64,000 nucleotides of DNA, taken from contig JACPTS010000001.1 of the NCBI GenBank assembly GCA_016192685.1, positions 311,647-375,646 of the forward strand. Direction: 5' to 3'. The stretch's first letter is position 1; each line of letters opens with the position of its first letter. The notes below the pieces were generated by a model, which saw only the letters and a list, made by a program, of their open reading frames with translations, was not told the origin of the DNA and searched no databases. A program made the position numbers and the translations under genes. This stretch comes from Candidatus Harrisonbacteria bacterium. GTDB taxonomy: Bacteria > Patescibacteriota > Minisyncoccia > UBA6257 > 02-FULL-45-10c. Positions 20,414 to 29,329 of the stretch are shown one piece after another.

Positions 20414-21016
20414 ATGGAACACAGCGATTATTTAATTCCAACGGTCATAGAAAAAACCCAAGCTGGCGAGCGGGCTTATGACATTTATTCCCGGCTTTTA
20501 AAAGAGCGGATAATTTTTTTGGGCGGACCGATCAATGATGGAGTGGCCAATACCGTGATCGCGCAAATGCTTTTTTTGGAGCATGAAGACCCCAAAAAAG
20601 ACATTAAGCTTTATATAAATTCTCCGGGCGGTTCAGTGACTGCCGGTTTAGCAATTTACGATACGATGCAATATATCAAGCCGGATGTTTCCACGATTTG
20701 CGTTGGCATTGCCGCTTCTATGGGCGCTGTTCTTCTGGCAGCCGGGAAAAAAGGCAAAAGAATTGCTCTGCCAAATTCCGAAGTGCTTTTGCACCAAGTG
20801 ATGGGCGGCGCGGAAGGGCAAGCGGTGGAAATTGAAATTACAGCGAAACACATTGTCCGGATGAAAGAGCAGTTAAGTCAAATTCTTGCCAAACATACCG
20901 GACAGACGCTTTCAAAAATTGAAAAAGATACTGATAGAGATTTTTGGCTGACGGCGGCTGAAGCAAAAGAATACGGGGCGGTAGATGAAGTTTTGAAAGG
21001 AAGGAATGCAAAATAA
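20414..21016 (+). CDS. clpP: ATP-dependent Clp protease proteolytic subunit
   Basis: 200 aa; catalytic GIAASMGA (Ser), His and Asp context; tig-clpP synteny. Confidence 0.9.
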   Translation: MEHSDYLIPTVIEKTQAGERAYDIYSRLLKERIIFLGGPINDGVANTVIAQMLFLEHEDPKKDIKLYINSPGGSVTAGLAIYDTMQYIKPDVSTICVGIAASMGAVLLAAGKKGKRIALPNSEVLLHQVMGGAEGQAVEIEITAKHIVRMKEQLSQILAKHTGQTLSKIEKDTDRDFWLTAAEAKEYGAVDEVLKGRNAK

Positions 21017-21088
21017 CGCAAGCCCGCAAGGCTTGCGATTTTTTTATTTTCGGGTTATTTTCTAATAAAAGGCTTTTGAGGAGAACGG

Positions 21089-21430
21089 ATGTCCATTGAT
21101 AAATTTTATGCCTGTTGGGAGGGGATGCATTTTTCCAATGCTGAATATGGAATTTGGGATTTGCCTTTTATCTATTTTTTGCATGACTGTTTGGGGGAAC
21201 GGCGGGGAGGAATTTTATTTTTAGCGGTTGACGGCGTAGAGCGGCGGCTTGGTGCTGATCGGGTAAAAATTCTAAAAAAGATATTCCAATCTCGGGATTT
21301 TGATAAAGTAATTTTACGTCCAGATGAAGATAATAACCTTTATTGCCTTGTTGCCGATACTGGCGATGATGAAGCGGATTGGATTTGGGTGGGAGAAATT
21401 ATTGACCCCACTGATCCGCGGCAGCGCTAG
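21089..21430 (+). CDS. hypothetical protein (occupies the usual clpX position)
   Basis: 113 aa, no recognisable domain; followed by intrinsic terminator atcctca-ttttatttt-gaggattttttg at about 21445-21475. Confidence 0.4.
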   Translation: MSIDKFYACWEGMHFSNAEYGIWDLPFIYFLHDCLGERRGGILFLAVDGVERRLGADRVKILKKIFQSRDFDKVILRPDEDNNLYCLVADTGDDEADWIWVGEIIDPTDPRQR

Positions 21431-21467
21431 AAACCTATGATAATCCTCATTTTATTTTGAGGATTTT

Positions 21468-22646
21468 TTGTTTTATAATATAAAAATGGCAAATAATGAT
21501 TTATTAACTCGGGGCGTTATAGAAATAATTGGAAAAGAGCATTTGGAAACCGCGCTTCATAGCGGCAGGAAATTACGGGTGAAATTCGGCATTGATCCGA
21601 CTTCGCCGGATTTGCATTTGGGGCACACGGTGCCGCTTCGGAAACTCCGCCAGTTTCAGGATGCCGGCCATACAGCGGTTTTGATTATCGGCGATTTTAC
21701 CGCTAAAATCGGCGATCCATCCGGCCGCGATAAAACCCGTCCCCAGCTTTCTGATAAAGAAATTAAAACCAACTTTAAAACTTATTTGAATCAAGCGAAG
21801 AAAGTTTTGGATATGAAAAAAACCGAGATTCATTATAATAGCGAATGGTTGAAAAAAGATAAGCTGATTTTAGAGTTGATGTCCCAGATGTCAATGGAGA
21901 GAGTGATGGAGCGGGAGGATTTCCAAAAAAGAATTAAAGCCGGACAAGAAGTAACTATGCTGGAGGCGCTTTACCCGATTTTACAAGGCTATGATTCAGT
22001 GGCAGTTCGCGCTGATGTAGAAATCGGCGGCAATGACCAAAAATTTAATCTTTTAATGGGCCGGCGGCTTCAAAGAAAATACGGCCAGAGCGAGCAGGAC
22101 GTGGTTATGCTTCCGCTTTTGGAAGGCACGGATGGCGTACAAAAAATGAGCAAAAGTTTGGGAAATTACATTGGGCTTGCGGAAAAGCCGGAAATTATGT
22201 TCGGGAAAATTATGTCGGTGCCGGATGAATTGATTTTAAAATACGCGGAACTTTTAACTGATTTGCCATTAGATAAGATATCGGCAAAAGCAAAATCCGA
22301 CCCTCGCGGCGCCAAAATGGACCTGGCCAAAACTTTGACAAAAATGTATCACGGAAAATCTGCCGGCGAAAAAGCGGAAAAAGAATTTGTGCGAATAGTA
22401 TCTAAAAAAGAAACACCAACAGAAGTTAAAAGTTTAAAGTTAAAAGTTATAAAGTTATCTTTGATTGATTTACTCGTTGAAACTAAATTAGCTTCCAGCA
22501 AAAGCGAAGCCAGGCGGCTTATTCAGCAGGGAGGAGTTAAAATCAACGGGGAAAAACAAGTTGACCCGGGCAAAACCGTTGATTTAAAGAAAGAAATTTT
22601 ATTGCAGGTTGGTAAAATGAAATACTTGAAAATTCGCAGAGGATAA
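21468..22646 (+). CDS. tyrS: tyrosine--tRNA ligase
   Basis: HIGH-like motif HLGH, KMSKS motif, C-terminal S4 domain; true start may be the ATG at 21486 (MANNDLL). Confidence 0.85.
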   Translation: MFYNIKMANNDLLTRGVIEIIGKEHLETALHSGRKLRVKFGIDPTSPDLHLGHTVPLRKLRQFQDAGHTAVLIIGDFTAKIGDPSGRDKTRPQLSDKEIKTNFKTYLNQAKKVLDMKKTEIHYNSEWLKKDKLILELMSQMSMERVMEREDFQKRIKAGQEVTMLEALYPILQGYDSVAVRADVEIGGNDQKFNLLMGRRLQRKYGQSEQDVVMLPLLEGTDGVQKMSKSLGNYIGLAEKPEIMFGKIMSVPDELILKYAELLTDLPLDKISAKAKSDPRGAKMDLAKTLTKMYHGKSAGEKAEKEFVRIVSKKETPTEVKSLKLKVIKLSLIDLLVETKLASSKSEARRLIQQGGVKINGEKQVDPGKTVDLKKEILLQVGKMKYLKIRRG

Positions 22647-22684
22647 TATAAAATTCTAATTAGTTTCTTTAAAAGGAGGGGGTA

Positions 22685-22957
22685 ATGAAACGCGGAAAAG
22701 GAGCAGTGAGACGCAGAAAAAAAGATACGGCTCAGAAAGTTCGGGAGTTAAGGCATCTTTTGGGCGGCCGGAGAGCAGTTGTCCGGACGATGGAAGCGGC
22801 GTCTTCTTCCAGTTTGAAGAGGTGGGAGCAAAAAGAATGTTCCCCATTGCGCGCCCATGTGAAATTGGTAGATGAAACTTACGGCCTCGCAAGAAGAATG
22901 GGGAAAGTAATGCTTAGAAGATTGAGGGATAAAAATGGACATCCCCGCCCGAGTTAA
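22685..22957 (+). CDS. small highly basic hypothetical protein (GC-rich)
   Basis: 90 aa, Arg/Lys-rich; strong SD aaaggaggggg; overlaps the next gene by 23 nt. Confidence 0.4.
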   Translation: MKRGKGAVRRRKKDTAQKVRELRHLLGGRRAVVRTMEAASSSSLKRWEQKECSPLRAHVKLVDETYGLARRMGKVMLRRLRDKNGHPRPS

Positions 22958-23273
22958 TAAACTGCTTGTTCATTTTGGTGTAAATCAGAAAAGGCTTGCT
23001 TTGATGCTTCGGGTTTCCGAATCAACCGTAAAACGCTGGCAGAAAGGGATTGGCGTAAGTAGAACGGATAGGTTGCCGGCATTTCGAAAATTGGAAGACT
23101 TAATGAAATTAACAGAAAAAACTTTAAGCAATGAAGGCATTCCCCGTTGGTATCATCGCCCCGCGGAACTTTTCGGCCGAGAAACGCCGATTGAATTTAT
23201 GATTAAAAATGACAGCGGCATAGAAAGAGTTACCAATCTTGTTGGACAGATACGCTGGGGAATTTTACCCTGA
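22935..23273 (+). CDS. Xre-type HTH + DUF2384-like (MbcA/ParS antitoxin-like) protein
   Basis: 112 aa; N-terminal HTH (QKRLALMLRVSESTVKRWQKG); C-terminal RWYHRPAELFGRETPIEFMIKNDSGIERVTNLVGQIRWG resembles the RES-toxin-binding antitoxin domain; no RES gene visible. Confidence 0.5.
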   Translation: MDIPARVNKLLVHFGVNQKRLALMLRVSESTVKRWQKGIGVSRTDRLPAFRKLEDLMKLTEKTLSNEGIPRWYHRPAELFGRETPIEFMIKNDSGIERVTNLVGQIRWGILP

Positions 23274-23285
23274 TAGTACGAAAGG

Positions 23286-23308
23286 CCGGTTTTATAACCG
23301 GTTTTTTA
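23286..23308 (+). terminator. intrinsic terminator
   Basis: ccggtt-ttat-aaccgg followed by tttttta. Confidence 0.6.
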
Positions 23309-23313
23309 TTTGA

Positions 23314-23382
23314 CCCCGCACATAACTAAGACAATTAAAAATTACGAAACCTTTGGTTTCGCAGTCTTAATTATGTGTGGGG
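23314..23382. repeat. long imperfect inverted repeat (19-bp arms) abutting the thr promoter -35
   Basis: ccccgcacataactaagac ... gtcttaattatgtgtgggg with inner hairpin cgaaacc-tttg-gtttcg; mismatches are G-U compatible. Confidence 0.6.
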
Positions 23383-23383
23383 T

Positions 23384-23411
23384 TTGACGCCATAAATTAG
23401 TTTGTTATAAT
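23384..23411 (+). promoter_or_regulatory. sigma70-type promoter of the thr operon leader
   Basis: TTGACG - 16 nt - TATAAT; predicted TSS at or immediately before the leader ATG (possibly leaderless). Confidence 0.6.
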
Positions 23412-23418
23412 AAAATTA

Positions 23419-23481
23419 ATGAAAATTATTGCCACTACAACCACTGCCGCCGTTTCTAGCATTTTTGCTGGGGTATTTTAG
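23419..23481 (+). CDS. thr operon leader peptide (MKIIATTTTAAVSSIFAGVF)
   Basis: 20 codons with 4 consecutive Thr codons plus 3 Ile codons, followed 25 nt later by the attenuator terminator. Confidence 0.65.
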   Translation: MKIIATTTTAAVSSIFAGVF

Positions 23482-23506
23482 TAGTTTTAATAAATTAAGT
23501 TACTAA

Positions 23507-23535
23507 ATCGCCCCGCAACGCGGGGCGATTGTTTT
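23507..23535 (+). terminator. thr attenuator (intrinsic terminator)
   Basis: atcgccccgc-aac-gcggggcgat + tgtttt, 10 nt upstream of the thrA ATG. Confidence 0.7.
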
Positions 23536-23544
23536 ATAAAACAT

Positions 23545-25965
23545 ATGGCGAAAATAACTAAAATTTTAAAATTCGGCGGTTCTTCGGTAGGAACGCCAAA
23601 AATGATTAAAAAGGTTGGTGAGATTGTTAAAATTGCTTCCAAAAAAGATAGGGTGGCAGTGGTAGTTTCGGCATTTCAGGGGGTGACTGATCAGCTTTTA
23701 AAGTGCGCCAAGCTTGCTGCCCAAAATAATTCTAAATTAGAAATAGAATTGAAAAATTTAAAAAATCGTCATTTTCAAGCCATTCAGTTATTAGTTGAAA
23801 ATAAAAAGTTAAAAGGAGGAAGTTTAAATTATGCGGAAAATTTATTTAAAGAACTGCAATTTATTTTAGAAAAGATTGCTAAGGAGAAAATAGCTTCGCC
23901 AAAAAATTTAGATTGGGTCGCTAGTTTTGGCGAGCGGCTTTCCGCTTATATCATCGCGGCTTCTATAAAAAATGCTTATTTTGTTGATGCGAGAGAATTA
24001 GTAAAAACTAATAATAATTTTACCAAGGCCGCTGTTGATTTTGGAAAAACCAATCGTCGAATCAAAAATTTCTTTAAAAATAAAAAGGGGATTCCTATTA
24101 TAACTGGGTTTCTTGGTTCTACCGCGAAAGGCGAAACTATTACTTTGGGGCGAGGCGGGTCTGATTATACCGCCTCAATTTTTGGCGCAGCATTAGAAGT
24201 AAAAGTTATAGAAATTTGGACAGATGTGGATGGCGTGATGAGCGCCGATCCACGATTAGTCCGAAGCGCTCAAGTTTTACCAAAAATCAGTTACGAAGAA
24301 GCTGTAGAAATGGCTTATTTTGGAGCTAAAGTGATTCATCCGGCCACCATGCTTCCGGCAATTAAAAATGGCATTCCGATTTTGATTAAAAATACTTTTA
24401 ATCCAAAAGCGCTCGGAACTTTGATTCAGAAAGAATTAATACCGGCGCCGACGATTAAAGGAATAACCGCGATGGATGATATTTCGTTAGTTACGATTAG
24501 GGGTGTCAGTTTGGCAGGAATTCCCGGTAGCGCCGCCAGAGTTTTTAGCGCCACCGCCAAAGCCAAGGCAAATGTTATTTTAATTTCACAAGCCTCTTCC
24601 GAACACACTATTTGCTTTGCCGTTAAAACTAATGAGCTTCGGGCCGCGCTGGGAGGGTTAAAAAAGGAATTTCAAAAAGAAATAAAATACAGGCAAGTCG
24701 GTATAAATACTATTTTAAATCAATCCATTCTTGCCATGGTTGGCGATGGGATGCGCGGCGTCCCCGGTATCGCGGGGCGGCTTTTTAGCATGCTTGGTGA
24801 TAATGGAGTTAATGTAACTGCCATTGCCCAAGGCGGCTCCGAACGGAATATTTCTTTTGTGGTTGACGCTAAAAATAAAGTGAAGGCTTTAAATGTTGTT
24901 CATGGGGAATTTTTTGAAGGCGGCGTGAAAAATATCTTTCTAGCCGGAACCGGCAATATCGGCAGCGCCCTACTTAATCAAATTTATTCAATATTAAGGA
25001 CATCGGGTGTCCAAAGATTGAAAATACGCGGCATAATTGACGCTTTTAATATGATAATAAATGAGCGCGGGGTTAATTTAAGAAACTGGAAAAATAAATT
25101 AAAAAAAGCAGAAAAACCAAACTTTAATAAATGGCTAGAACAAACAAAATCTTTGCCATTGGGAAATAAAATTTTTGTAGATTGCACTGCCAGCGAAGCG
25201 GTGGCTAAAAAATATATTGAAATTGCGGAAGCCGGATTCCATATCGTGACGCCGAATAAGAAATTTAATGTTTTGCCGATGAAAGAATATCGGAAATTGC
25301 GTGAGGTAATGGTGAAAAATAAAAAGCAGTTTTTATACGAAACCAATGTCGGCGCCGCTTTGCCGATTATATCCACTTTGCGGGATTTGCTGAAAACCGG
25401 CGATAAAATTACCAAAATTGAAGGTATTTTTTCCGGAACTCTTAGTTTTATCTTTAATTCTTACGACGGCAGTCGGTCATTCAGTGAAGTGGTAGCGGAA
25501 GCGAAAAAACTTGGATACACAGAGCCGGATCCGCGCGAAGATTTAAACGGCAATGATGTTGGCAGAAAGCTTTTAGTGCTTGCGCGGGAAACTGGATTAG
25601 AAATGGAAATGAAAGACATAAAAATTGAGAATTTAGTTCCGCGCACACTGCTATCTCGCGGGATAGCACCGGAAGATTTTTTAAAGAGACTGGAAAAATA
25701 TGATGACTATTTTAAAAAATTATTAGAAAAAGCAAAATCTAAAAATAAAGTTCTCCGATATGTCGCCAAATTAGAAAAAGGAAAGGTGGCCGCGGGATTA
25801 CAAGAAATTTCTTTAGATAACCCGCTTGCCAATACCAGAGATGCTGACAATATTTTTGCTTTTTACACCAAGCGATATAATAAAAGGCCTTTGGTCGTTC
25901 AGGGTCCGGGAGCTGGACGGGAAGTAACTGCGGCTGGGGTGCTGGCGGATATTTTAAGAATATGA
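23545..25965 (+). CDS. thrA: bifunctional aspartokinase / homoserine dehydrogenase
   Basis: 806 aa; N-terminal amino-acid kinase domain (KFGGSSVG), two ACT domains, C-terminal NAD-binding homoserine dehydrogenase domain. Confidence 0.85.
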   Translation: MAKITKILKFGGSSVGTPKMIKKVGEIVKIASKKDRVAVVVSAFQGVTDQLLKCAKLAAQNNSKLEIELKNLKNRHFQAIQLLVENKKLKGGSLNYAENLFKELQFILEKIAKEKIASPKNLDWVASFGERLSAYIIAASIKNAYFVDARELVKTNNNFTKAAVDFGKTNRRIKNFFKNKKGIPIITGFLGSTAKGETITLGRGGSDYTASIFGAALEVKVIEIWTDVDGVMSADPRLVRSAQVLPKISYEEAVEMAYFGAKVIHPATMLPAIKNGIPILIKNTFNPKALGTLIQKELIPAPTIKGITAMDDISLVTIRGVSLAGIPGSAARVFSATAKAKANVILISQASSEHTICFAVKTNELRAALGGLKKEFQKEIKYRQVGINTILNQSILAMVGDGMRGVPGIAGRLFSMLGDNGVNVTAIAQGGSERNISFVVDAKNKVKALNVVHGEFFEGGVKNIFLAGTGNIGSALLNQIYSILRTSGVQRLKIRGIIDAFNMIINERGVNLRNWKNKLKKAEKPNFNKWLEQTKSLPLGNKIFVDCTASEAVAKKYIEIAEAGFHIVTPNKKFNVLPMKEYRKLREVMVKNKKQFLYETNVGAALPIISTLRDLLKTGDKITKIEGIFSGTLSFIFNSYDGSRSFSEVVAEAKKLGYTEPDPREDLNGNDVGRKLLVLARETGLEMEMKDIKIENLVPRTLLSRGIAPEDFLKRLEKYDDYFKKLLEKAKSKNKVLRYVAKLEKGKVAAGLQEISLDNPLANTRDADNIFAFYTKRYNKRPLVVQGPGAGREVTAAGVLADILRI

Positions 25966-27041
25966 AGAAAAGAGAGTTAAAAGTTAATAGTAAAAGGTTA
26001 AATGTTGGCATCTTGGGTGCCACTGGGATGGTTGGGCAGAGATTTGTGACGCTTTTGGAAAATCATCCGTGGTTTGAGGTGGTGAGTTTAGCGGCTTCGC
26101 CGCAATCGGCCGGGAAAACTTATGAGGAGGCAGTGTCTGGCCGTTGGGTTATGAAAAATTCAGTTCCAGAAAAATTACGCGGTTTAAAAATAAAAGTGGT
26201 TGAAGAAGATTTTGATGAAATTGTAAAAGAGGTGGACTTAGTATTTTCCGCTATTGATGCTGATAAAGAAAAAATCAAAGAAATTGAATTGCGATATGCC
26301 ACGGCTGGCGTGGCAGTAGTTTCCAATAATTCCGCGCATCGCTGGACCCAAGATGTGCCGATGATAATTCCCGAAATAAACGCGCATCATTTATCTTTAA
26401 TTGATATCCAGAAGAAAAATCGGGGTTGGGAAAAGGGGTTGCTCGTAGTGAAGCCAAATTGTTCTTTGCAGTCATATCTTCCAGTAGTATACGCGCTTAA
26501 AAAATTCGGCCCTAAAGAAGTTTTAGTTACGACTTTGCAGGCAATTTCCGGCGCCGGAAAAACTTTTGAATCGTGGCCGGAAATGCTGGATAACTGCATT
26601 CCTTTTATAAAAGGCGAGGAAGAAAAAACTGAAAAAGAACCGACAAAAATCTGGGGCGCGGGCTGTCCGGCTATTTCCGCCACCTGCATCCGTGTTCCAA
26701 TCTCGGATGGCCATATGGCAAGCGTTTCGGTAAAATTTGAAAATAAACCCTCGTTACAACAAATAAGAGATGCGATTGATAGTTTTCCAAATCCTTTGGC
26801 TAGCTTAGACTTACCGTCAGCTCCAAAAAAATTTATCAAATATTTTCTAGAAGATGATCGGCCGCAGACTAAATTAGATCGGGATTATGAAGGCGGCTTG
26901 GGCATTACTTGCGGGAGATTTCGCGAAGATGGAAATAATAGCTGGAAATTTGTTTCTCTTTCCCATAACACAATCCGTGGCGCTGCCGGCGGAGCGATTT
27001 TAATCGCCGAACTTTTGTATAAGAAAGGATATTTAAAATGA
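25962..27041 (+). CDS. asd: aspartate-semialdehyde dehydrogenase
   Basis: 359 aa; VGILGATGMVGQRF Rossmann N-terminus; active-site Cys context; overlaps the thrA stop. Confidence 0.85.
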   Translation: MKKRELKVNSKRLNVGILGATGMVGQRFVTLLENHPWFEVVSLAASPQSAGKTYEEAVSGRWVMKNSVPEKLRGLKIKVVEEDFDEIVKEVDLVFSAIDADKEKIKEIELRYATAGVAVVSNNSAHRWTQDVPMIIPEINAHHLSLIDIQKKNRGWEKGLLVVKPNCSLQSYLPVVYALKKFGPKEVLVTTLQAISGAGKTFESWPEMLDNCIPFIKGEEEKTEKEPTKIWGAGCPAISATCIRVPISDGHMASVSVKFENKPSLQQIRDAIDSFPNPLASLDLPSAPKKFIKYFLEDDRPQTKLDRDYEGGLGITCGRFREDGNNSWKFVSLSHNTIRGAAGGAILIAELLYKKGYLK

Positions 27042-27532
27042 AAGGAATTACTTTAATCGGAATGCCGGGATCGGGGAAATCTACTATCGGTAAATTACTT
27101 GCCAAAAAATTGGGGTGTAAATTTGTTGACTTGGATATCTTGATTAAAGAAAAAGAAAACCGCGGACATGAGGAAATTTTAGAAAAAGACGGCGGGGCGG
27201 AACTTTTGCGGCTGGAAAATTTGTATACTCTTGATTTGGATTTAGAAAATACCGTCTTTTCCCCCGGCGGAAGCATTGTTTATTCTTTGCCGGCAATGAG
27301 AAAACTCCAAAAAGAAACTAATATTATTTATTTAAAATTACCGCTTTTGGAAATAGAAAATCGTTTAGGCGGCAAAATTGATAGCCGGGGAATTGTTGGT
27401 TTTAAAGAAAAAGGGATTAAAAAGCTTTTTCGAGAACGGGATATTTTATATAAAAATTTTTCCCATAAAATCATTTCCTGTTTGGGATTAGATAAAGAAC
27501 AGCTTATTTATGAAATTTTACAGCACCAATAA
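27038..27532 (+). CDS. shikimate-kinase-family P-loop kinase embedded in the thr operon (candidate non-orthologous homoserine kinase)
   Basis: 164 aa; Walker A GMPGSGKST, FVDLD, SPGGSIV (SK-type GGG motif); overlaps asd stop and thrC start. Confidence 0.6.
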   Translation: MKGITLIGMPGSGKSTIGKLLAKKLGCKFVDLDILIKEKENRGHEEILEKDGGAELLRLENLYTLDLDLENTVFSPGGSIVYSLPAMRKLQKETNIIYLKLPLLEIENRLGGKIDSRGIVGFKEKGIKKLFRERDILYKNFSHKIISCLGLDKEQLIYEILQHQ

Positions 27533-28868
27533 CCCTCCTTCGCATAAAGCTACGGAAGGCAAGAAAATCCATTTCGTTGATTTTAGAACGGCACTGCTAC
27601 AAGGATTGGCTTTAGATGGCGGACTTTTTATGCCGGAAAGATTTCCAAAATTGAATAAGAAATTCTTAAAAGATATTTCTAAAAAGGAATTTTGGAAAAT
27701 CGCTCTGGAAATCAGCAAAGGTTTTATTAAAGATATTCCGGAAAGAGAATTAAAGAAGATGCTAAAAGACGCTTTTAATTTTGAAGTGCCGCTGAAAAAA
27801 ATAAACGAAAATTTATATATTTTAGAGCTTTGGCATGGGCCAACTTTGGCTTTCAAGGATTTTGGCGCGCGGTTTATGGCCCGGCTCATGAATTATTACC
27901 TGCGCCGCGAAAAGGAAAAATTAAACATTATTGTCGCTACTTCTGGGGACACCGGGAGTGCGGTGGCGCAAGGATTTTATGGATTATCTAACATAAAAGT
28001 TTTTGTTTTATATCCGAGTAAACGCATAACTGCGCTTCAAGAAAAACAAATGGCAACGCTCGGTAAAAACATTGTGTCATTGGAAGTAAAAGGAAATTTT
28101 GATGATTGCCAAAAACTTGCCAAACAAATATTGGCAGATAAAGATTTAAAAGAAAAAATAAATTTATCTTCAGCCAATTCTATAAATTTTGGAAGATTAC
28201 TTCCGCAATCCTTTTATTATTTTTACGGTTATGCCCAATTACTAAATAAGTTAAAAGTTAAAAGTGAAAAATTAAAAGTTATTTATTGTGTTCCCAGCGG
28301 GAATTTCGGCAATTTAACCGCCGGATTAATGGCGAAACAAATGGGTTTGCCCGTGAAACAATTTATCGCGGCGACGAATGCGAATGATATTGTTCCGCAA
28401 TATCTCAGAACCGGAAAATTTGTTTCACGCGTTTCGTGTAAAACAATTTCTAACGCCATGGATGTCGGCAATCCGAGCAATTTTGCGAGGATGCTGGAAA
28501 TGTTTCACGGCGATGTAAAACAAATGCGCCGCGAAATTATTGGTTTCGGTGTAAGTGACAAACAAACGCGTGAAACAATTAAAAATGTTTATCGTAAAAC
28601 CGGCTATATTTTAGATCCGCATACTGCGGTTGGAATTGCCGCGGCGCGCAAAAGCAATATTTTGCAACCGATTATCGTATTAAGCACCGCGCATCCTGCT
28701 AAATTCAGAGAAGCGGTGGAGCCGGTTATAAGCAAAAAGATTTCCTTGCCGCCGCAGCTCAAAAAAATTATTAATAAAGCCAAAAAGGCGACTTTGGTGG
28801 AAAATAATGTTGAGACGGTTAAGCGGATTATTTTAGAAAAATATGGACATATCAAAAAAACCGCCTGA
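27510..28868 (+). CDS. thrC: threonine synthase
   Basis: 452 aa; PLP-fold; FKDFGARFMA, ATSGDTGSA motifs. Confidence 0.85.
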   Translation: MKFYSTNNPPSHKATEGKKIHFVDFRTALLQGLALDGGLFMPERFPKLNKKFLKDISKKEFWKIALEISKGFIKDIPERELKKMLKDAFNFEVPLKKINENLYILELWHGPTLAFKDFGARFMARLMNYYLRREKEKLNIIVATSGDTGSAVAQGFYGLSNIKVFVLYPSKRITALQEKQMATLGKNIVSLEVKGNFDDCQKLAKQILADKDLKEKINLSSANSINFGRLLPQSFYYFYGYAQLLNKLKVKSEKLKVIYCVPSGNFGNLTAGLMAKQMGLPVKQFIAATNANDIVPQYLRTGKFVSRVSCKTISNAMDVGNPSNFARMLEMFHGDVKQMRREIIGFGVSDKQTRETIKNVYRKTGYILDPHTAVGIAAARKSNILQPIIVLSTAHPAKFREAVEPVISKKISLPPQLKKIINKAKKATLVENNVETVKRIILEKYGHIKKTA

Positions 28869-28885
28869 AAGCGGTTTAAAAATTT

Positions 28886-29197
28886 TTACTTAGAGCTCTT
28901 ACATAATGACATAATTCCTTCCTCCATCATTTTTTTGAGTTCGTCGGCATGCCACCGATTATCAGTAGTTGCCCATCCGTCAATCATTCGCGCCAGTATT
29001 GGCTCTTTTACATTTTTAATTTCGTAAGCCAATGCCTCCTTAATTTGTTTGGCAAGGTATTCCTTATTGCTCAAAATACAATTATATTGCCAAAACATTT
29101 CAACGCCAGCAGCGAATAATACTGATTTTTCTGTTTCCAGATACACATGCTTAACATAACCGCGCCAACCTTTAAAAGTAAGCCTATGCACTTTCAT
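28886..29197 (-). CDS. hypothetical protein
   Basis: 103 aa; shares a bidirectional terminator (accgc-ctgaaa-gcggt) with thrC at about 28858-28885. Confidence 0.4.
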   Translation of the reverse strand: MKVHRLTFKGWRGYVKHVYLETEKSVLFAAGVEMFWQYNCILSNKEYLAKQIKEALAYEIKNVKEPILARMIDGWATTDNRWHADELKKMMEEGIMSLCKSSK

Positions 29198-29329
29198 TGG
29201 CTGCTCTTTTATTTTTTAGAAATAACTATTAAGTAGATTAATAAGAAATTATTCCTAAGTCAAGTTCTGGAGTGGGTAACTAGAGTCGAACATTTATGAT
29301 ATACTAATATAGTATAATATAAGGTTTAT

